This document shows positions 22,549 to 33,547 of a DNA stretch of 64,000 nucleotides, one piece after another. The translations under genes were made by a program, and so were the position numbers. Source of the stretch: an uncultured Flavobacteriales bacterium (lineage in GTDB: Bacteria; Bacteroidota; Bacteroidia; Flavobacteriales; BACL11); assembly GCA_905612305.1 (NCBI GenBank), contig CAJQRK010000007.1, positions 98,660-162,659 of the forward strand. Direction: 5' to 3'. The notes below the pieces were generated by a model. It had not been told where the DNA came from, ran no database searches, and was given only the letters and a program-made list of their open reading frames with translations. The number at the start of each line of letters is the position of its first letter. The first letter of the stretch is position 1.

Positions 22549-23286
22549 ATGAAAAAAACATCCTTACTATTTGTGGCCTGCTTAATGGTCTATACAATTT
22601 CTGCTCAAATAAATGAGCACAGTGATAGAAGACTTACCATAACAGTTGGTGGGTTAAATCCATTAATCCAAAAATCCCAACTTCAATTTGAACATACGCT
22701 AGGAAAAGCTACTCAATATTGGTCTATTGGTGAAAACTTGCAATATCATTTGGGACTTCTGAATCAAACAGAAATATGGAGTGGTCCAAAATTATCAATT
22801 TTCACTAGGCGTTATTTTAAAGATCAAAGAATAAAACATGGAAAAGATTGGTTCTTACAATTTAAAGCGGGTGCAGCTTACTTAACCAATCCTTTCGCTG
22901 GCTACGATACTGACCTCTGGGAAGTAGATGCAATCACTGGACTGCTAGTATCTGTTAATGATGCTAATGGAGACCAAATAGAAATTCTAAATAATGATAG
23001 TTATTGGCTAACTTATGGAGGTGGAGTTGCAATTGGATATAAAAAAGTAAGTTGTAATGGATGGGTATTAGAAGCACTCTTAGGATATCATTATTGGGCC
23101 CCTCCTAGTTATTTTACATCTGAATTTAAAACTTGGATAAAAGATGAGGCTAATACATTTGACAGTGATAATAATATAGGAGGAGAATTATACGACATAG
23201 AAAATGGGATAAATAGGACATGGTTTTGGACGTATGGTTTCCCAGTAGACCTTCAATTTAAGGTTGGTAAAATAATTGGGTGGTAA
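22549..23286 (+). CDS. Hypothetical signal-peptide protein, probable outer-membrane beta-barrel
   Basis: Signal peptide LFVACLMVYTISAQ, alternating aromatic/Gly-rich strands, aromatic C-terminus (IIGW). Confidence 0.5.
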   Translation: MKKTSLLFVACLMVYTISAQINEHSDRRLTITVGGLNPLIQKSQLQFEHTLGKATQYWSIGENLQYHLGLLNQTEIWSGPKLSIFTRRYFKDQRIKHGKDWFLQFKAGAAYLTNPFAGYDTDLWEVDAITGLLVSVNDANGDQIEILNNDSYWLTYGGGVAIGYKKVSCNGWVLEALLGYHYWAPPSYFTSEFKTWIKDEANTFDSDNNIGGELYDIENGINRTWFWTYGFPVDLQFKVGKIIGW

Positions 23287-23291
23287 CGCTC

Positions 23292-24338
23292 TTAATTCTC
23301 CTCTAAAGCATCTTTGAATAATTTCCTAAAAACAAAGAAAGATACTGACAAGAAGCCTCCAAGAAAAGCACCTAAAAATCCCGACAAAGCGTTAGACTTA
23401 CTATCTTCTTTTAGCGGAAGTATTGGTTTGTCAATAATATTAATAATAGGTGTATTGTTTAGTAGTGTAATCTTAGAAAGCTCTAAGTTTTTTATAATTT
23501 CTAAATACATAGTATTTAACACTTCCACTCTTCTCATTAGCTGTAATTCTTTCAGCCTACCAGAAGCCTTTATAATTCTTTGATTAATATCTTTCACTTT
23601 AGCAAATTCTTCTTCCACCAAAGCTAACTCGCCAAAAATTGAATCTGCTCTATTCTGTAAAAAATCCAAAGTATTATTTGCTTGAGCAGTTTGATGAACA
23701 ACATACATCTTGCTCATCTGATCAATCAAAACTTCAACAAACTGCTTAGCTAATTCCTCATTTACTGAAGGGTACGATAAGCTAATAATATTAGCCTCAT
23801 CTGATTGCATCTCAACAACTAACTTTTCTTCTACCATACTCCTCCAAATATTACCACTAATACTATCATGAATATATGTTATTTTATCATGAAAAGAAAT
23901 TGGCGTAAAAACCCCTTCTTTATTCCAATCTTCTTTTATGCCATTTATTTCAAGATAGTGCTCAATAAGCAAATCTTCTTTGCCTGCTATTTTTGTCTTG
24001 GTCATAAGGGTTGCTACCACCACTCCTCTTGACTTTAATAATTCTAATACATTACTTTGACTAAAAGTAGTTGAGGAATTCCCTCCAACATCAAAACCAA
24101 ACTGACTTGCAATCCCAGACATTGCTCCTAAACCACCTCCAGCTGTAGGGTCTTCAACGACAAAGGTGAGCTCTGCATTATATCTTTTTTCAGAAGTAAC
24201 TGCAACTAAAACACCTAATACGCAAAAGGCAAGTGACAAGGCAATAATTACAAATTTCTTCTTAAACAGATAAGCTTTGTAATCTGATAATTTAATCAGA
24301 ATATCTTTTAATTGTATTTCGTCATTATACTGTTCCAT
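23292..24338 (-). CDS. Wzz/GumC-like polysaccharide chain-length determinant (no kinase domain)
   Basis: N- and C-terminal TM helices flank a coiled-coil periplasmic domain. Start overlaps the stop of the upstream Wza-like gene. Confidence 0.7.
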   Translation of the reverse strand: MEQYNDEIQLKDILIKLSDYKAYLFKKKFVIIALSLAFCVLGVLVAVTSEKRYNAELTFVVEDPTAGGGLGAMSGIASQFGFDVGGNSSTTFSQSNVLELLKSRGVVVATLMTKTKIAGKEDLLIEHYLEINGIKEDWNKEGVFTPISFHDKITYIHDSISGNIWRSMVEEKLVVEMQSDEANIISLSYPSVNEELAKQFVEVLIDQMSKMYVVHQTAQANNTLDFLQNRADSIFGELALVEEEFAKVKDINQRIIKASGRLKELQLMRRVEVLNTMYLEIIKNLELSKITLLNNTPIINIIDKPILPLKEDSKSNALSGFLGAFLGGFLSVSFFVFRKLFKDALEEN

Positions 24339-26842
24339 TAAAAGGCTCCATTTATCCTGTTAATTAATAAATACAGAGACATTACTGCGGTTATCTTGGT
24401 AATTACACTCTCAATATGCTTATTGTAATCAACATCCTCTTTTCTCTTTCGCTTTACTTTATGTTCACTAATAACTTTAATAGTAGATCCTGGCTTTACT
24501 TTTGGAGAAATAGAAAACAAGCCAAAATTCATTGCTTTTCTTGTAACCCCATTGGCATGTATCACTACAGTATGTGACTTCTGATTATCCTTAGAATACC
24601 CTCCCGCAAAGTTCCTAATGTAGTAATTTGCGCGTTTTCCAAAAAATGGAGCACTAATTGAATTTCCTTCTATATTATTTAATTCTCCTGTTACCTGAAC
24701 TATATCTAGTGTTCTAGGAATAATAACACTATCCCCTTCTCTTAAAGCTAAATCATGTTTAGAACTCGGCTTAGATATTGCCTTTTGCATATCAAAATAA
24801 ACAATATCACATATAATACTATCATAAGTCTGTATACTATTTTTTTGTCTTTCAATATTTAATAATTCTAGATTATAAATATTAGATAATTCATTATTAG
24901 TCAGTATAGAATCCAATAAATTATCAGGAATATTCAACTTTTCATCATTAACGATCTGATTGTTAAATTGCCTGTACATTTTCACGCCATCTACAAAAGC
25001 ATAATTAGTTAAGCCTCCTGCTCTTTTAATGACAGATGAAATTCTTTCATCCTTTGAAAGTAAGGAATATGCGCCAGGATATTTTACTTCTCCCATTAAT
25101 ACAATATTTACAGGCTCTTCATAATCAGGATTTTCTCTTACAAAAATTTGATCAAAAGGTTGTAAAATAAATTCCTGAGCTTCAGCACTTAACATTAAAT
25201 CCTCTCCTATTTTAATCCTTTTAACAAGTGCTCTTCTTGGTTTTAATTTATGAGATGAAATATCATAATCCATAACTCTACTCACCTCTACTCTACTCCC
25301 CTCAGCTTGCTGAGTTAGATCGCCCGCTTGCAAAAGAACATCTTGCAATGTCATGCCTACTCCAAAATCAAATGTTCCTGCTGCTCTTACGGCTCCCATA
25401 ACCGATACAGTAAAATCATCATCAAAATCGTCAACTGAAAGCACACGAACAATATCATATTCTTTCAATAAGATATTATCTTCATAATTTTTATCATCAA
25501 GAATAGCTCCTAAATTTACTGCAATATGAGATTTTGTTCGGTCCTTATTTAAACGAATAACATATACTTTATCCAAGAAAGTTTTCTCATCAATACATTT
25601 AGCTCGGTTTAATAAATCTAACAAATGTTCGCCTTGTATAAACTCATAATCGCCTGCAACGCCAATACTTCCTTTTACGCTCACCACATTAGATAATTTA
25701 TTGGAAATAGTATTCACAACTATCTCGTCACCATTTTGTACAGCAGTAGAGTTTACATGGCTTTTATGCACATCATTTACTCTTATCGCATTATAATCAA
25801 TTCGCTTAAGGGTCAATACATCAGTAAATGCATTCGCACTATATCCGCCGGCATATTGCATCAAACTTGCTACAGACTCTCCTGTTTTTGCTTCATAGGT
25901 ATAAGGACGATTCACCGCTCCTTTTACCTCAACAATATGTTTTGCAGGGGGGACAAACAAATAATCACCATCCTGCAAATAAATATCTTGTGAGCGTGTT
26001 GGGTTAAATAAAAACTGATAAATATCTAGTGAATCAACCGTTTTCCCGTCACGCTTTATGTAGATATTACGAACGGTTCCTAACTGATTCGGACCTTTAG
26101 CTGCTATAAGTGCGTTGAATGCAGTATTAATTGCAGGAATTGTATAAGAACCTGGATTATACACCTCTCCTACAATATTAACCGTAATTACTCTTGAATA
26201 AGAAAGAGTAACATTAATCTCAGAATTTTTCATATCCAGGAATGATGAGAATTTACTTTTAAGTAGAGAACGCATCTTTTTAAAAGTTAGTCCTTTTATA
26301 TAAATTCTTCCGTAAGAACTTGGTGTAATATATCCTCTGTCATCCACTAAAAGTGTCTCAGAAAACTCCGAATATCCCCAAACAGAAATAGAAATTTCAT
26401 CTCCACTTCCAACTTTATAATTTTCAGGAGCTTTAGCGTCTAATGCCTTTTGAAAAAATGATAATTTATTATTTCTAAAAATATCTTGTCCATAAATCTT
26501 AGCTTTAGGATAAGTGGTTGTATCTTCTGCCAAAGTATCACCAAAAATTTCATAAAATTTTGAAAGATTAACATTCATATTTGATGTCTCTTGAACTCCA
26601 TTCGCATATTTTCCTTTACTAGATTTAAAATCCATTGCTTCGGCAATTTCATTATCAGATAAGCCCATTTGTTTTAATACTTGTTCTGAAGGAATATCAG
26701 AAGGACGCAAATCTTCAGGGTTTGCATTTGAAGGTAAAAACTTCAAATAAGCAGGATTGATTTTGTTCTTATCTAAATCAATTTGAGCACTTGAACCCAA
26801 GGCTAAACAAACGACTAATGATAATAAGATGAGTTTTTTCAT
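24338..26842 (-). CDS. Polysaccharide export outer-membrane protein (Wza-like Poly_export plus multiple SLBB domains)
   Basis: 834 aa with signal peptide. Repeated V.V.G.V..PG.Y SLBB-like blocks (e.g. VNIVGEVYNPGSY, VLMGEVKYPGAY). Confidence 0.8.
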   Translation of the reverse strand: MKKLILLSLVVCLALGSSAQIDLDKNKINPAYLKFLPSNANPEDLRPSDIPSEQVLKQMGLSDNEIAEAMDFKSSKGKYANGVQETSNMNVNLSKFYEIFGDTLAEDTTTYPKAKIYGQDIFRNNKLSFFQKALDAKAPENYKVGSGDEISISVWGYSEFSETLLVDDRGYITPSSYGRIYIKGLTFKKMRSLLKSKFSSFLDMKNSEINVTLSYSRVITVNIVGEVYNPGSYTIPAINTAFNALIAAKGPNQLGTVRNIYIKRDGKTVDSLDIYQFLFNPTRSQDIYLQDGDYLFVPPAKHIVEVKGAVNRPYTYEAKTGESVASLMQYAGGYSANAFTDVLTLKRIDYNAIRVNDVHKSHVNSTAVQNGDEIVVNTISNKLSNVVSVKGSIGVAGDYEFIQGEHLLDLLNRAKCIDEKTFLDKVYVIRLNKDRTKSHIAVNLGAILDDKNYEDNILLKEYDIVRVLSVDDFDDDFTVSVMGAVRAAGTFDFGVGMTLQDVLLQAGDLTQQAEGSRVEVSRVMDYDISSHKLKPRRALVKRIKIGEDLMLSAEAQEFILQPFDQIFVRENPDYEEPVNIVLMGEVKYPGAYSLLSKDERISSVIKRAGGLTNYAFVDGVKMYRQFNNQIVNDEKLNIPDNLLDSILTNNELSNIYNLELLNIERQKNSIQTYDSIICDIVYFDMQKAISKPSSKHDLALREGDSVIIPRTLDIVQVTGELNNIEGNSISAPFFGKRANYYIRNFAGGYSKDNQKSHTVVIHANGVTRKAMNFGLFSISPKVKPGSTIKVISEHKVKRKRKEDVDYNKHIESVITKITAVMSLYLLINRINGAF

Positions 26843-26847
26843 AATTT

Positions 26848-27987
26848 CTATTTTAAAACAGAACGAGAGATTACAATTCTTTGAATCTCAGAAGTTCCTT
26901 CATAAATTTGTGTGATTTTTGCATCACGCATTAGGCGTTCTACATGATATTCTTTCACAAAACCATAACCGCCATGTACTTGTACCGCCTCAACTGTCGT
27001 TTTCATAGCTGTTTCAGAAGCGAATACTTTTGCCATTGCTCCTAGTTTATCATAGTTTTTTCCTTTATCTTTTAGCCAAGCAGCTTTCAAACACAATAAT
27101 CTTGCCGCTTCAATTTCGGTAGCCATATCTGCTAACTTAAAAGCAATAGCTTGATGTTGAGAAATTTCTTTCCCGAACGCCTTTCTTTCTTTAGAATATT
27201 TCAATGCTAATTCATAAGCTCCAGAAGCTATTCCTAATGCTTGAGAAGCGATACCAATCCTGCCGCCTGATAAAGTTTTCATAGCAAAAGTAAAGCCAAA
27301 ACCATCCTCACCAATTCTATTTTCTTTAGGCACTTTTACATCTGTAAACATTAATGAATGTGTATCAGAACCTCTTATCCCTAGTTTGTTTTCTTTAGTT
27401 CCAACTACAAATCCTTCCATTGTTTTTTCTACAATAAAGGCATTGATTCCTTTATATCCTTTTTCCACATCAGTTTGTGCGATTACCAAATATACTGAAG
27501 CTGTATTTCCATTCGTAATCCAATTCTTTGTTCCATTTAACAGATAATAATCTCCTTTATCTATAGCTGTAGTGCTTTGTGAAGTTGCATCTGACCCTGC
27601 TTCCGGCTCTGACAAACAAAAAGCACCAATAATCTCACCACTTGCTAGTGGCTTTAAATATCTTTCTTTTTGCTGCTCAGTTCCATATGCTTCTAATCCC
27701 CAACACACTAATGAGTTATTTACTGACATTACAACAGAAGTAGAGGCATCTATCTTTGAAATTTCTTCCATTGCCAATACATAAGAAATAGCATCCATTC
27801 CAGCTCCTCCGTATTTAGGATCAACCATCATACCTAAAAACCCTAGTTCTCCCAGCTTCTTTACTTGCTCAGTAGGAAAAGACTGATTTTCATCTCTTTC
27901 AATTACTCCAGGCAATAATTCAGTTTGAGCAAAATCTCTTGCCGCATCCCTAATCAACTTATGCTCCTCTGTTAATTCAAAATTCAT
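26848..27987 (-). CDS. Acyl-CoA dehydrogenase (short-chain/butyryl-CoA type)
   Basis: Start taken here at ATG 27987 (MNFELTEEHKLIRD), downstream of the track start. ACAD blocks CLSEPEAGSD, QALGIA and QVHGGYG, and the IYEGTSEIQR C-terminal motif. Confidence 0.9.
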   Translation of the reverse strand: MNFELTEEHKLIRDAARDFAQTELLPGVIERDENQSFPTEQVKKLGELGFLGMMVDPKYGGAGMDAISYVLAMEEISKIDASTSVVMSVNNSLVCWGLEAYGTEQQKERYLKPLASGEIIGAFCLSEPEAGSDATSQSTTAIDKGDYYLLNGTKNWITNGNTASVYLVIAQTDVEKGYKGINAFIVEKTMEGFVVGTKENKLGIRGSDTHSLMFTDVKVPKENRIGEDGFGFTFAMKTLSGGRIGIASQALGIASGAYELALKYSKERKAFGKEISQHQAIAFKLADMATEIEAARLLCLKAAWLKDKGKNYDKLGAMAKVFASETAMKTTVEAVQVHGGYGFVKEYHVERLMRDAKITQIYEGTSEIQRIVISRSVLK

Positions 27988-28048
27988 TGTTTTTCTATTT
28001 TCTAAAATACGCACAAAAATACACTTTTTAAACTATCTTTGAAAACTG

Positions 28049-29095
28049 ATGATTAAGAATGTAAAATACCGTGTTTTGGGAGTAATGTCAGGTACATCAT
28101 TGGACGGAATAGATTTAGCAATTTGCAGCTTTTCCAAAACTAAGAATTGGCAATTTAGCATTGAAAGATGTATTACCTTACCTTACAACAAATACTGGAA
28201 AGAAACACTACAAAATTTACATTCAAAATCTGCAGAAGAAATAAAACTAATTGACAAAAAATACGGCCTTTTTATTGGAGATACAATCAATAATTTCTTA
28301 GCTAGTAAAAAAGTAGATTTTATAGCCTCACACGGACATACCATATTTCATCAGCCAGAAAATAAATATACCTTACAAATTGGGAGCGGAGAAATAATTG
28401 CAAAAATTACAAAAACTACAATCATTAATAATTTCAGAAGTTTAGATATTTCATTGAACGGGCAAGGTGCTCCTCTAGTTCCTATTGGTGATTCGCATCT
28501 GTTTTCTAACTACAAATACTGCATCAATTTAGGTGGTTTTTCAAACATCTCTATAAAGAATAATGGAGTAATTACAGCATTTGATATTTGTCCAGCAAAT
28601 ATTGTATTGAATGAAGTATGTAAGCAATTAGGAATTGAATACGATAAGAATGGAGACATTGCGAAAAGTGGAAAACTTATCCCAATACTGCTTAAAAAAC
28701 TAAATTCACTAGATTTTTACACACAAAAAGCCCCAAAATCATTGTCACGAGAATGGGTGGAAATAAACATATATCCATTGTTAAACAATTATAAAACAAA
28801 AAATATTCTAAATACTTTCTGTGAGCATATTGCAATACAGATTGGTGTTTTTCTTAAAAATGAATCTGCATTATTTACAGGTGGCGGTGTATTCAATACT
28901 TATTTAATAGCGCGAATAAAACACTATTCTTATTCTAAAATTATAATCCCAGACAATACGCTAATTAACTTTAAAGAATCTCTAATTTTTGCTTTTTTAG
29001 GAGTTTTACGAATTGAAAATCAGGTGAACTGCCTACACTCAGTCACTGGCGCAAAAAGAGATAATTGCGGAGGAGTTATTCACCGTCCTTGCTAA
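28049..29095 (+). CDS. anmK: Anhydro-N-acetylmuramic acid kinase
   Basis: N-terminal GVMSGTSLDGIDLA motif; ~350 aa ASKHA-fold length. Confidence 0.9.
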   Translation: MIKNVKYRVLGVMSGTSLDGIDLAICSFSKTKNWQFSIERCITLPYNKYWKETLQNLHSKSAEEIKLIDKKYGLFIGDTINNFLASKKVDFIASHGHTIFHQPENKYTLQIGSGEIIAKITKTTIINNFRSLDISLNGQGAPLVPIGDSHLFSNYKYCINLGGFSNISIKNNGVITAFDICPANIVLNEVCKQLGIEYDKNGDIAKSGKLIPILLKKLNSLDFYTQKAPKSLSREWVEINIYPLLNNYKTKNILNTFCEHIAIQIGVFLKNESALFTGGGVFNTYLIARIKHYSYSKIIIPDNTLINFKESLIFAFLGVLRIENQVNCLHSVTGAKRDNCGGVIHRPC

Positions 29096-29171
29096 TAAAT
29101 TTATGCCTACTAACATCTATTATCTAATGTCTAATTAATACATTTGTAAAAAATTTATCACTACCAAAAAG

Positions 29172-30398
29172 ATGGAAGAACTATTAAAAAAATTTGAAAA
29201 TAAAAAACCTGAAATAGTTTTTGAATGGCAAGATTCTGAAACTGATGCTCAAGGATGGATAGTGATAAATTCATTAAGAGGGGGTGCAGCCGCAGGAGGA
29301 ACAAGAATGAGAATTGGTGTTACCAAGGATGAAGTACTAGCACTTGCTAAAACTATGGAGGTGAAATTCACTGTTGCAGGACCTCCTATTGGTGGCGGAA
29401 AATCAGGAATTAATTTTGACCCAAAAGACTCAAGAAAAGAAGGCGTATTAAAAAGATGGTATGCTGCCGCAAAACCTTTATTAAAAAATTATTACGGAAC
29501 AGGTGGAGACATGAATGTAGATGAAGTACATGAGGTAATACCTATGTGTGAAGAGCAAGGTATTCTTTTTCCACTTGAAGGAATTATCAATGGACACCAC
29601 AGGAGAGATGAGTCAGGTAAGATGAAAATCATTAATCAACTTAAAGAAGGTGTTCCTTTAACTGTAAGAGATGAGAAATTAACACCTAATCCAAATAAAG
29701 ATTATTCAGTAGGCGACTTAATTACAGGCTATGGAGTATCTGAAAGTATTTTACATTACTATAATATCTATGGAGGAGAAGTCAAAGGAAAAAGAGTAAT
29801 TATACAGGGGTGGGGAAATGTGGCCGGAACAGCTGCTCACTATCTAGCGCAAGCTGGGGCAATCATTGTAGGAATTATTGATAAAAATGGAGGCGTAATT
29901 AATAAATATGGTTATAGTTTTAATGAAATAAAATCACTTTTGGAGGATCGTTCGTCAAACTACTTGGAAGCGAAAAACATGCTATCCTTTGAAGAAATAA
30001 ATAAAAAAATCTGGAATGTTAGCGCTGAAATATTTATTCCTGCTGCAGCATCTCGTTTACTTACCCAAGAACAATTAGATACTATGATAGATAATGGGTT
30101 AGAAGTGATTTCCTCTGGAGCTAATGTACCCTTTGCTGACAAAGAAATTTTCTTTGGCCCCATCTCAAAAAGTGCGGATGAAAGAGTAAGTGTCTTGCCT
30201 GACTTTATTGCAAACTGTGGTATGGCAAGAGCATTTTCTTATTTTATGGAAGATGATTGCCAAATGAATGACAACTCGATTTTCAAAGCTGTATCAAATA
30301 CAATAAAAGATGCTCTACAAAACACCTATAATATAAATAATAATAAAACAAATATTTCAAAAACTGCTTTTGAAATTGCCTTAAAAAAACTAATATAA
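29172..30398 (+). CDS. Glu/Leu/Phe/Val dehydrogenase family protein
   Basis: Catalytic-Lys region GPPIGGGKSGI and Rossmann GWGNVAG. Confidence 0.85.
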   Translation: MEELLKKFENKKPEIVFEWQDSETDAQGWIVINSLRGGAAAGGTRMRIGVTKDEVLALAKTMEVKFTVAGPPIGGGKSGINFDPKDSRKEGVLKRWYAAAKPLLKNYYGTGGDMNVDEVHEVIPMCEEQGILFPLEGIINGHHRRDESGKMKIINQLKEGVPLTVRDEKLTPNPNKDYSVGDLITGYGVSESILHYYNIYGGEVKGKRVIIQGWGNVAGTAAHYLAQAGAIIVGIIDKNGGVINKYGYSFNEIKSLLEDRSSNYLEAKNMLSFEEINKKIWNVSAEIFIPAAASRLLTQEQLDTMIDNGLEVISSGANVPFADKEIFFGPISKSADERVSVLPDFIANCGMARAFSYFMEDDCQMNDNSIFKAVSNTIKDALQNTYNINNNKTNISKTAFEIALKKLI

Positions 30399-31501
30399 TG
30401 GAACAATTACGAATCTTTTTAAAAACAGAATATTTAGAAAACTCAGCACAAAATTATTTAATCTTTGTTGCGGCAATTATTATAGGATTACTTTTTAAAG
30501 GTTTAATTTCACGATATTTGAGTCACTCTCTTTATAAAGTGATAGGCAAAAAAGAAAGAAAAGTAGGAATGGAAAAATTTGATAAACTTCTAACACGACC
30601 AATTGGATTTTTTATCATGTTAACTATTTTATATTTTGGGGCATCCTATTTAGAATTCCCTACGTCTTGGGGGCTAGCAGGCATGAATAAATTCGGAATA
30701 AAAATGTTGCTCTCTAAAGGATTTTCATTAATTTATATTTATTCTATTTTTAGAATTTCTCTAAGACTTATCGACTATATAGGATTAATATTATTGAAAA
30801 GAGCAGAAGAGACTGAAAATAAAATGGATGATCAGCTCATTCCATTTGTTTTAGAAATCATTAAATTTGTAGCTTATATCTTTACTGTCTTCATTATACT
30901 GGGAAGTGTGTTGGGAGTAAATATTATTGCTCTTACTACTGGCCTTGGAATTGGAGGTCTTGCCCTAGCTATGGCTTCCAAAGAAAGTTTAGAAAACCTT
31001 TTAGGCTCTTTCACTATCTTTTTAGATCAGCCATTTACTGTTGGAGACGTTGTAACTGTAGGGTCTATTACAGGAGTAGTTGAAAAAGTAGGATTCAGAA
31101 GCACTAGAATAAGAACCTTTGACAAAAGTTTAGTTACTCTACCAAATAAAAAAATGATTGATGCAGAACTAGATAATTTAGGAATGCGTCCAGTTAGGAG
31201 GGTAAAATTTAATTTAGGACTGACTTATGACACTACTGCAGAACAAATTAAAGCGATTGTCACTGACATTCAACATATGATAAAACAACACGAAAAAACC
31301 AACCAAGACGGAAAGGTTCGTTTTCAAGAATTTGGCTCTAGCTCACTGGACATAATGATAATGTATTTTGTAAACAGTCCTAGATGGGATGATTTAATTG
31401 ATGTAAAAGAGGATGTCAATTACAAAATAATGGAGATTGTGAAAAAACACAATAGCGATTTTGCTTTTCCATCCACAACGGTATATTTGCAAAAAGATTA
31501 A
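30398..31501 (+). CDS. Mechanosensitive ion channel family protein (MscS-like)
   Basis: N-terminal TM helices, then the MscS beta-domain FTVGDVVTVGSITGVVEKVGFRSTRIRTFD. Confidence 0.85.
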   Translation: MEQLRIFLKTEYLENSAQNYLIFVAAIIIGLLFKGLISRYLSHSLYKVIGKKERKVGMEKFDKLLTRPIGFFIMLTILYFGASYLEFPTSWGLAGMNKFGIKMLLSKGFSLIYIYSIFRISLRLIDYIGLILLKRAEETENKMDDQLIPFVLEIIKFVAYIFTVFIILGSVLGVNIIALTTGLGIGGLALAMASKESLENLLGSFTIFLDQPFTVGDVVTVGSITGVVEKVGFRSTRIRTFDKSLVTLPNKKMIDAELDNLGMRPVRRVKFNLGLTYDTTAEQIKAIVTDIQHMIKQHEKTNQDGKVRFQEFGSSSLDIMIMYFVNSPRWDDLIDVKEDVNYKIMEIVKKHNSDFAFPSTTVYLQKD

Positions 31502-31531
31502 AAAAACCTTAACATTTAATATCAAGAATTT

Positions 31532-32822
31532 ATGATTACTACACTTATGATTATTGTTTTCGTACTCGGATACTTAGCAATAGCTTTAGAGCATCCTATT
31601 AAAATTGACAAAGCAGCTTCTGCTTTGGTTATTGGTGGAGTTTGCTGGGCACTTTATGCTTTTTCAGGAGTAGATGCGCATCACATGAACGAACATTTAT
31701 CGCACCATTTAGTAGATATTGCTGAAATTTTATTCTTTCTTTTAGGCGCAATGACTATTGTTGAATTAATTGATGCCCATGAAGGATTTTCTATTATAAC
31801 TGATAAAATCACTACTAATAAGAAGGTGGCTTTAATGTGGATTTTGAGTTTGATTACTTTCTTCTTTTCTGCTGCATTAGATAATCTTACTACCGCTATT
31901 GTAATGTCAGCGCTGCTTACAAAATTGATAAAGGATAAGGAAGCTCTCTGGATGTTTGCAGGAATAGTTATTTTATCAGCAAATGCTGGGGGGGGCTTGG
32001 TCACCAATTGGAGATATAACTACTATTATGCTTTGGATTGGAGGGCAAGTAACTGCTGCCAATATCATTACTTCTCTATTTATCCCTTCTTTAGCTTGCG
32101 CTTTAGTACCTTTAATTTATTTAACTTTCAAATTGAAAGGAGAAGTAACTCGCCCTGTAAAAACAGACAGCACAGAACATGATATTAACCCTACTACTCC
32201 ATTTGAAAGAAATCTTATTTTCTATATGGGAGTTTTAGGACTACTATTTGTTCCAATATTTAAAATGAAAACTCACCTACCTCCATATGTTGGGATGTTA
32301 CTTTCATTAGGAGTATTATGGATTGTCACTGAAATAATTCATAAAAGTAAAAATCATGAACAAAAATCTCAACTTTCTGTAATAGGGGTTTTAAAAAAAG
32401 TAGATGTGCCAACCATATTTTTCTTTTTAGGAATTTTATTAGCTGTTGCCGCTTTACAATCAGCTGGGCAGCTAGATATTGTTGCTGCTTATTTGAATAA
32501 AACCTTTAATGGAGATGTTTATATCATAAATATGATTATTGGATTATTATCCTCAATTGTAGATAATGTACCGTTAGTTGCTGGAGCAATGGGAATGTAT
32601 GAAATTTCCCCAATAGGGGATTTTGCAGTTGACGGAAAATTCTGGGAGTTTTTGGCTTATTGTGCAGGTACAGGAGGTTCTGTTTTAATTATTGGTTCAG
32701 CTGCAGGCGTGGCGGTAATGGGAATACTGAAAATTGACTTTATCTGGTATGTGAAAAACATCTCTTTATTAGCGCTTATGGGATATTTAGCAGGTGCAGC
32801 AACTTATATATTAATGCAATAA
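31532..32822 (+). pseudogene. nhaD: Na+/H+ antiporter NhaD, split by a +1 frameshift in a G8 homopolymer
   Basis: ORFs 31532..32182 and 31983..32822 are two halves of one transporter. Removing one G from GGGGGGGG (31988-31995) restores ...SANAGGAWSPIGDITTIMLWIGGQ..., the canonical NhaD segment. Confidence 0.8.
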
Positions 32823-32857
32823 AAATTAAATTTATCGTTTAAACTAAAATCATAATT

Positions 32858-33547
32858 ATGAATCCTTTATTACAAATACCAACAACTACTGACAGTACAC
32901 TTGTTGTCACTGAAAAAACGCTTTCGGTTATTGAGCTAATCACCTCAGGAGGTATTGGGGGCAACTTAGTAATGGGTGCTTTAGGATTATTATCCCTCTT
33001 TGCTATATATATATTAATTGAGCGTTTCTCAGTTATTAAGAAAGCAAGTAAGGAGGATGAGAATTTTCTGAAAAGTATTAGGAATTTTGTAGAAGCAAAA
33101 GATATTCAGGCGGCTAAAACTTTATGCAGAAATGCAGACAGCCCTATTTCCAGAATGATAGAAAAAGGCGTAAATCGAATTGACAAACCTATGACAGATA
33201 TTTCAGCTGCAATTGAGAATCAGGGGAAGCTGGAAGTTTTCAAAATGGAAAATAATCTAGCTAACTTAGCTACTATTTCTGGAGCCGCACCTATGATTGG
33301 TTTTTTAGGAACCGTAATTGGCATGATAGTTGCTTTTCATGAAATGGCAAGTGCGGGAGGGAATATTGATGTAGAAATGTTAAGTAAAGGGATTTATATG
33401 GCTATGACAACAACAGTAGCAGGTTTAATTGTAGGAATTATTGCCTTTATTGCTTATAACTACTTAGTTTCAAAAGTAGATAAAGTTGTGTTTATGCTAG
33501 AGGCAAAAACGACTGAATTCTTAGACGTGTTACACCACAATGAATAA
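32858..33547 (+). CDS. exbB: MotA/TolQ/ExbB proton-channel protein
   Basis: Three TM helices and GAAPMIGFLGTVIGM motif; followed by exbD and a tonB-like gene. Confidence 0.85.
   Translation: MNPLLQIPTTTDSTLVVTEKTLSVIELITSGGIGGNLVMGALGLLSLFAIYILIERFSVIKKASKEDENFLKSIRNFVEAKDIQAAKTLCRNADSPISRMIEKGVNRIDKPMTDISAAIENQGKLEVFKMENNLANLATISGAAPMIGFLGTVIGMIVAFHEMASAGGNIDVEMLSKGIYMAMTTTVAGLIVGIIAFIAYNYLVSKVDKVVFMLEAKTTEFLDVLHHNE

Noticed and set aside
31983-32822. The 279-aa ORF as an independent transporter gene.
   Set aside because: Its N-terminus continues the upstream ORF's sequence exactly once one G is removed from the G8 tract, so it is the 3' part of nhaD.
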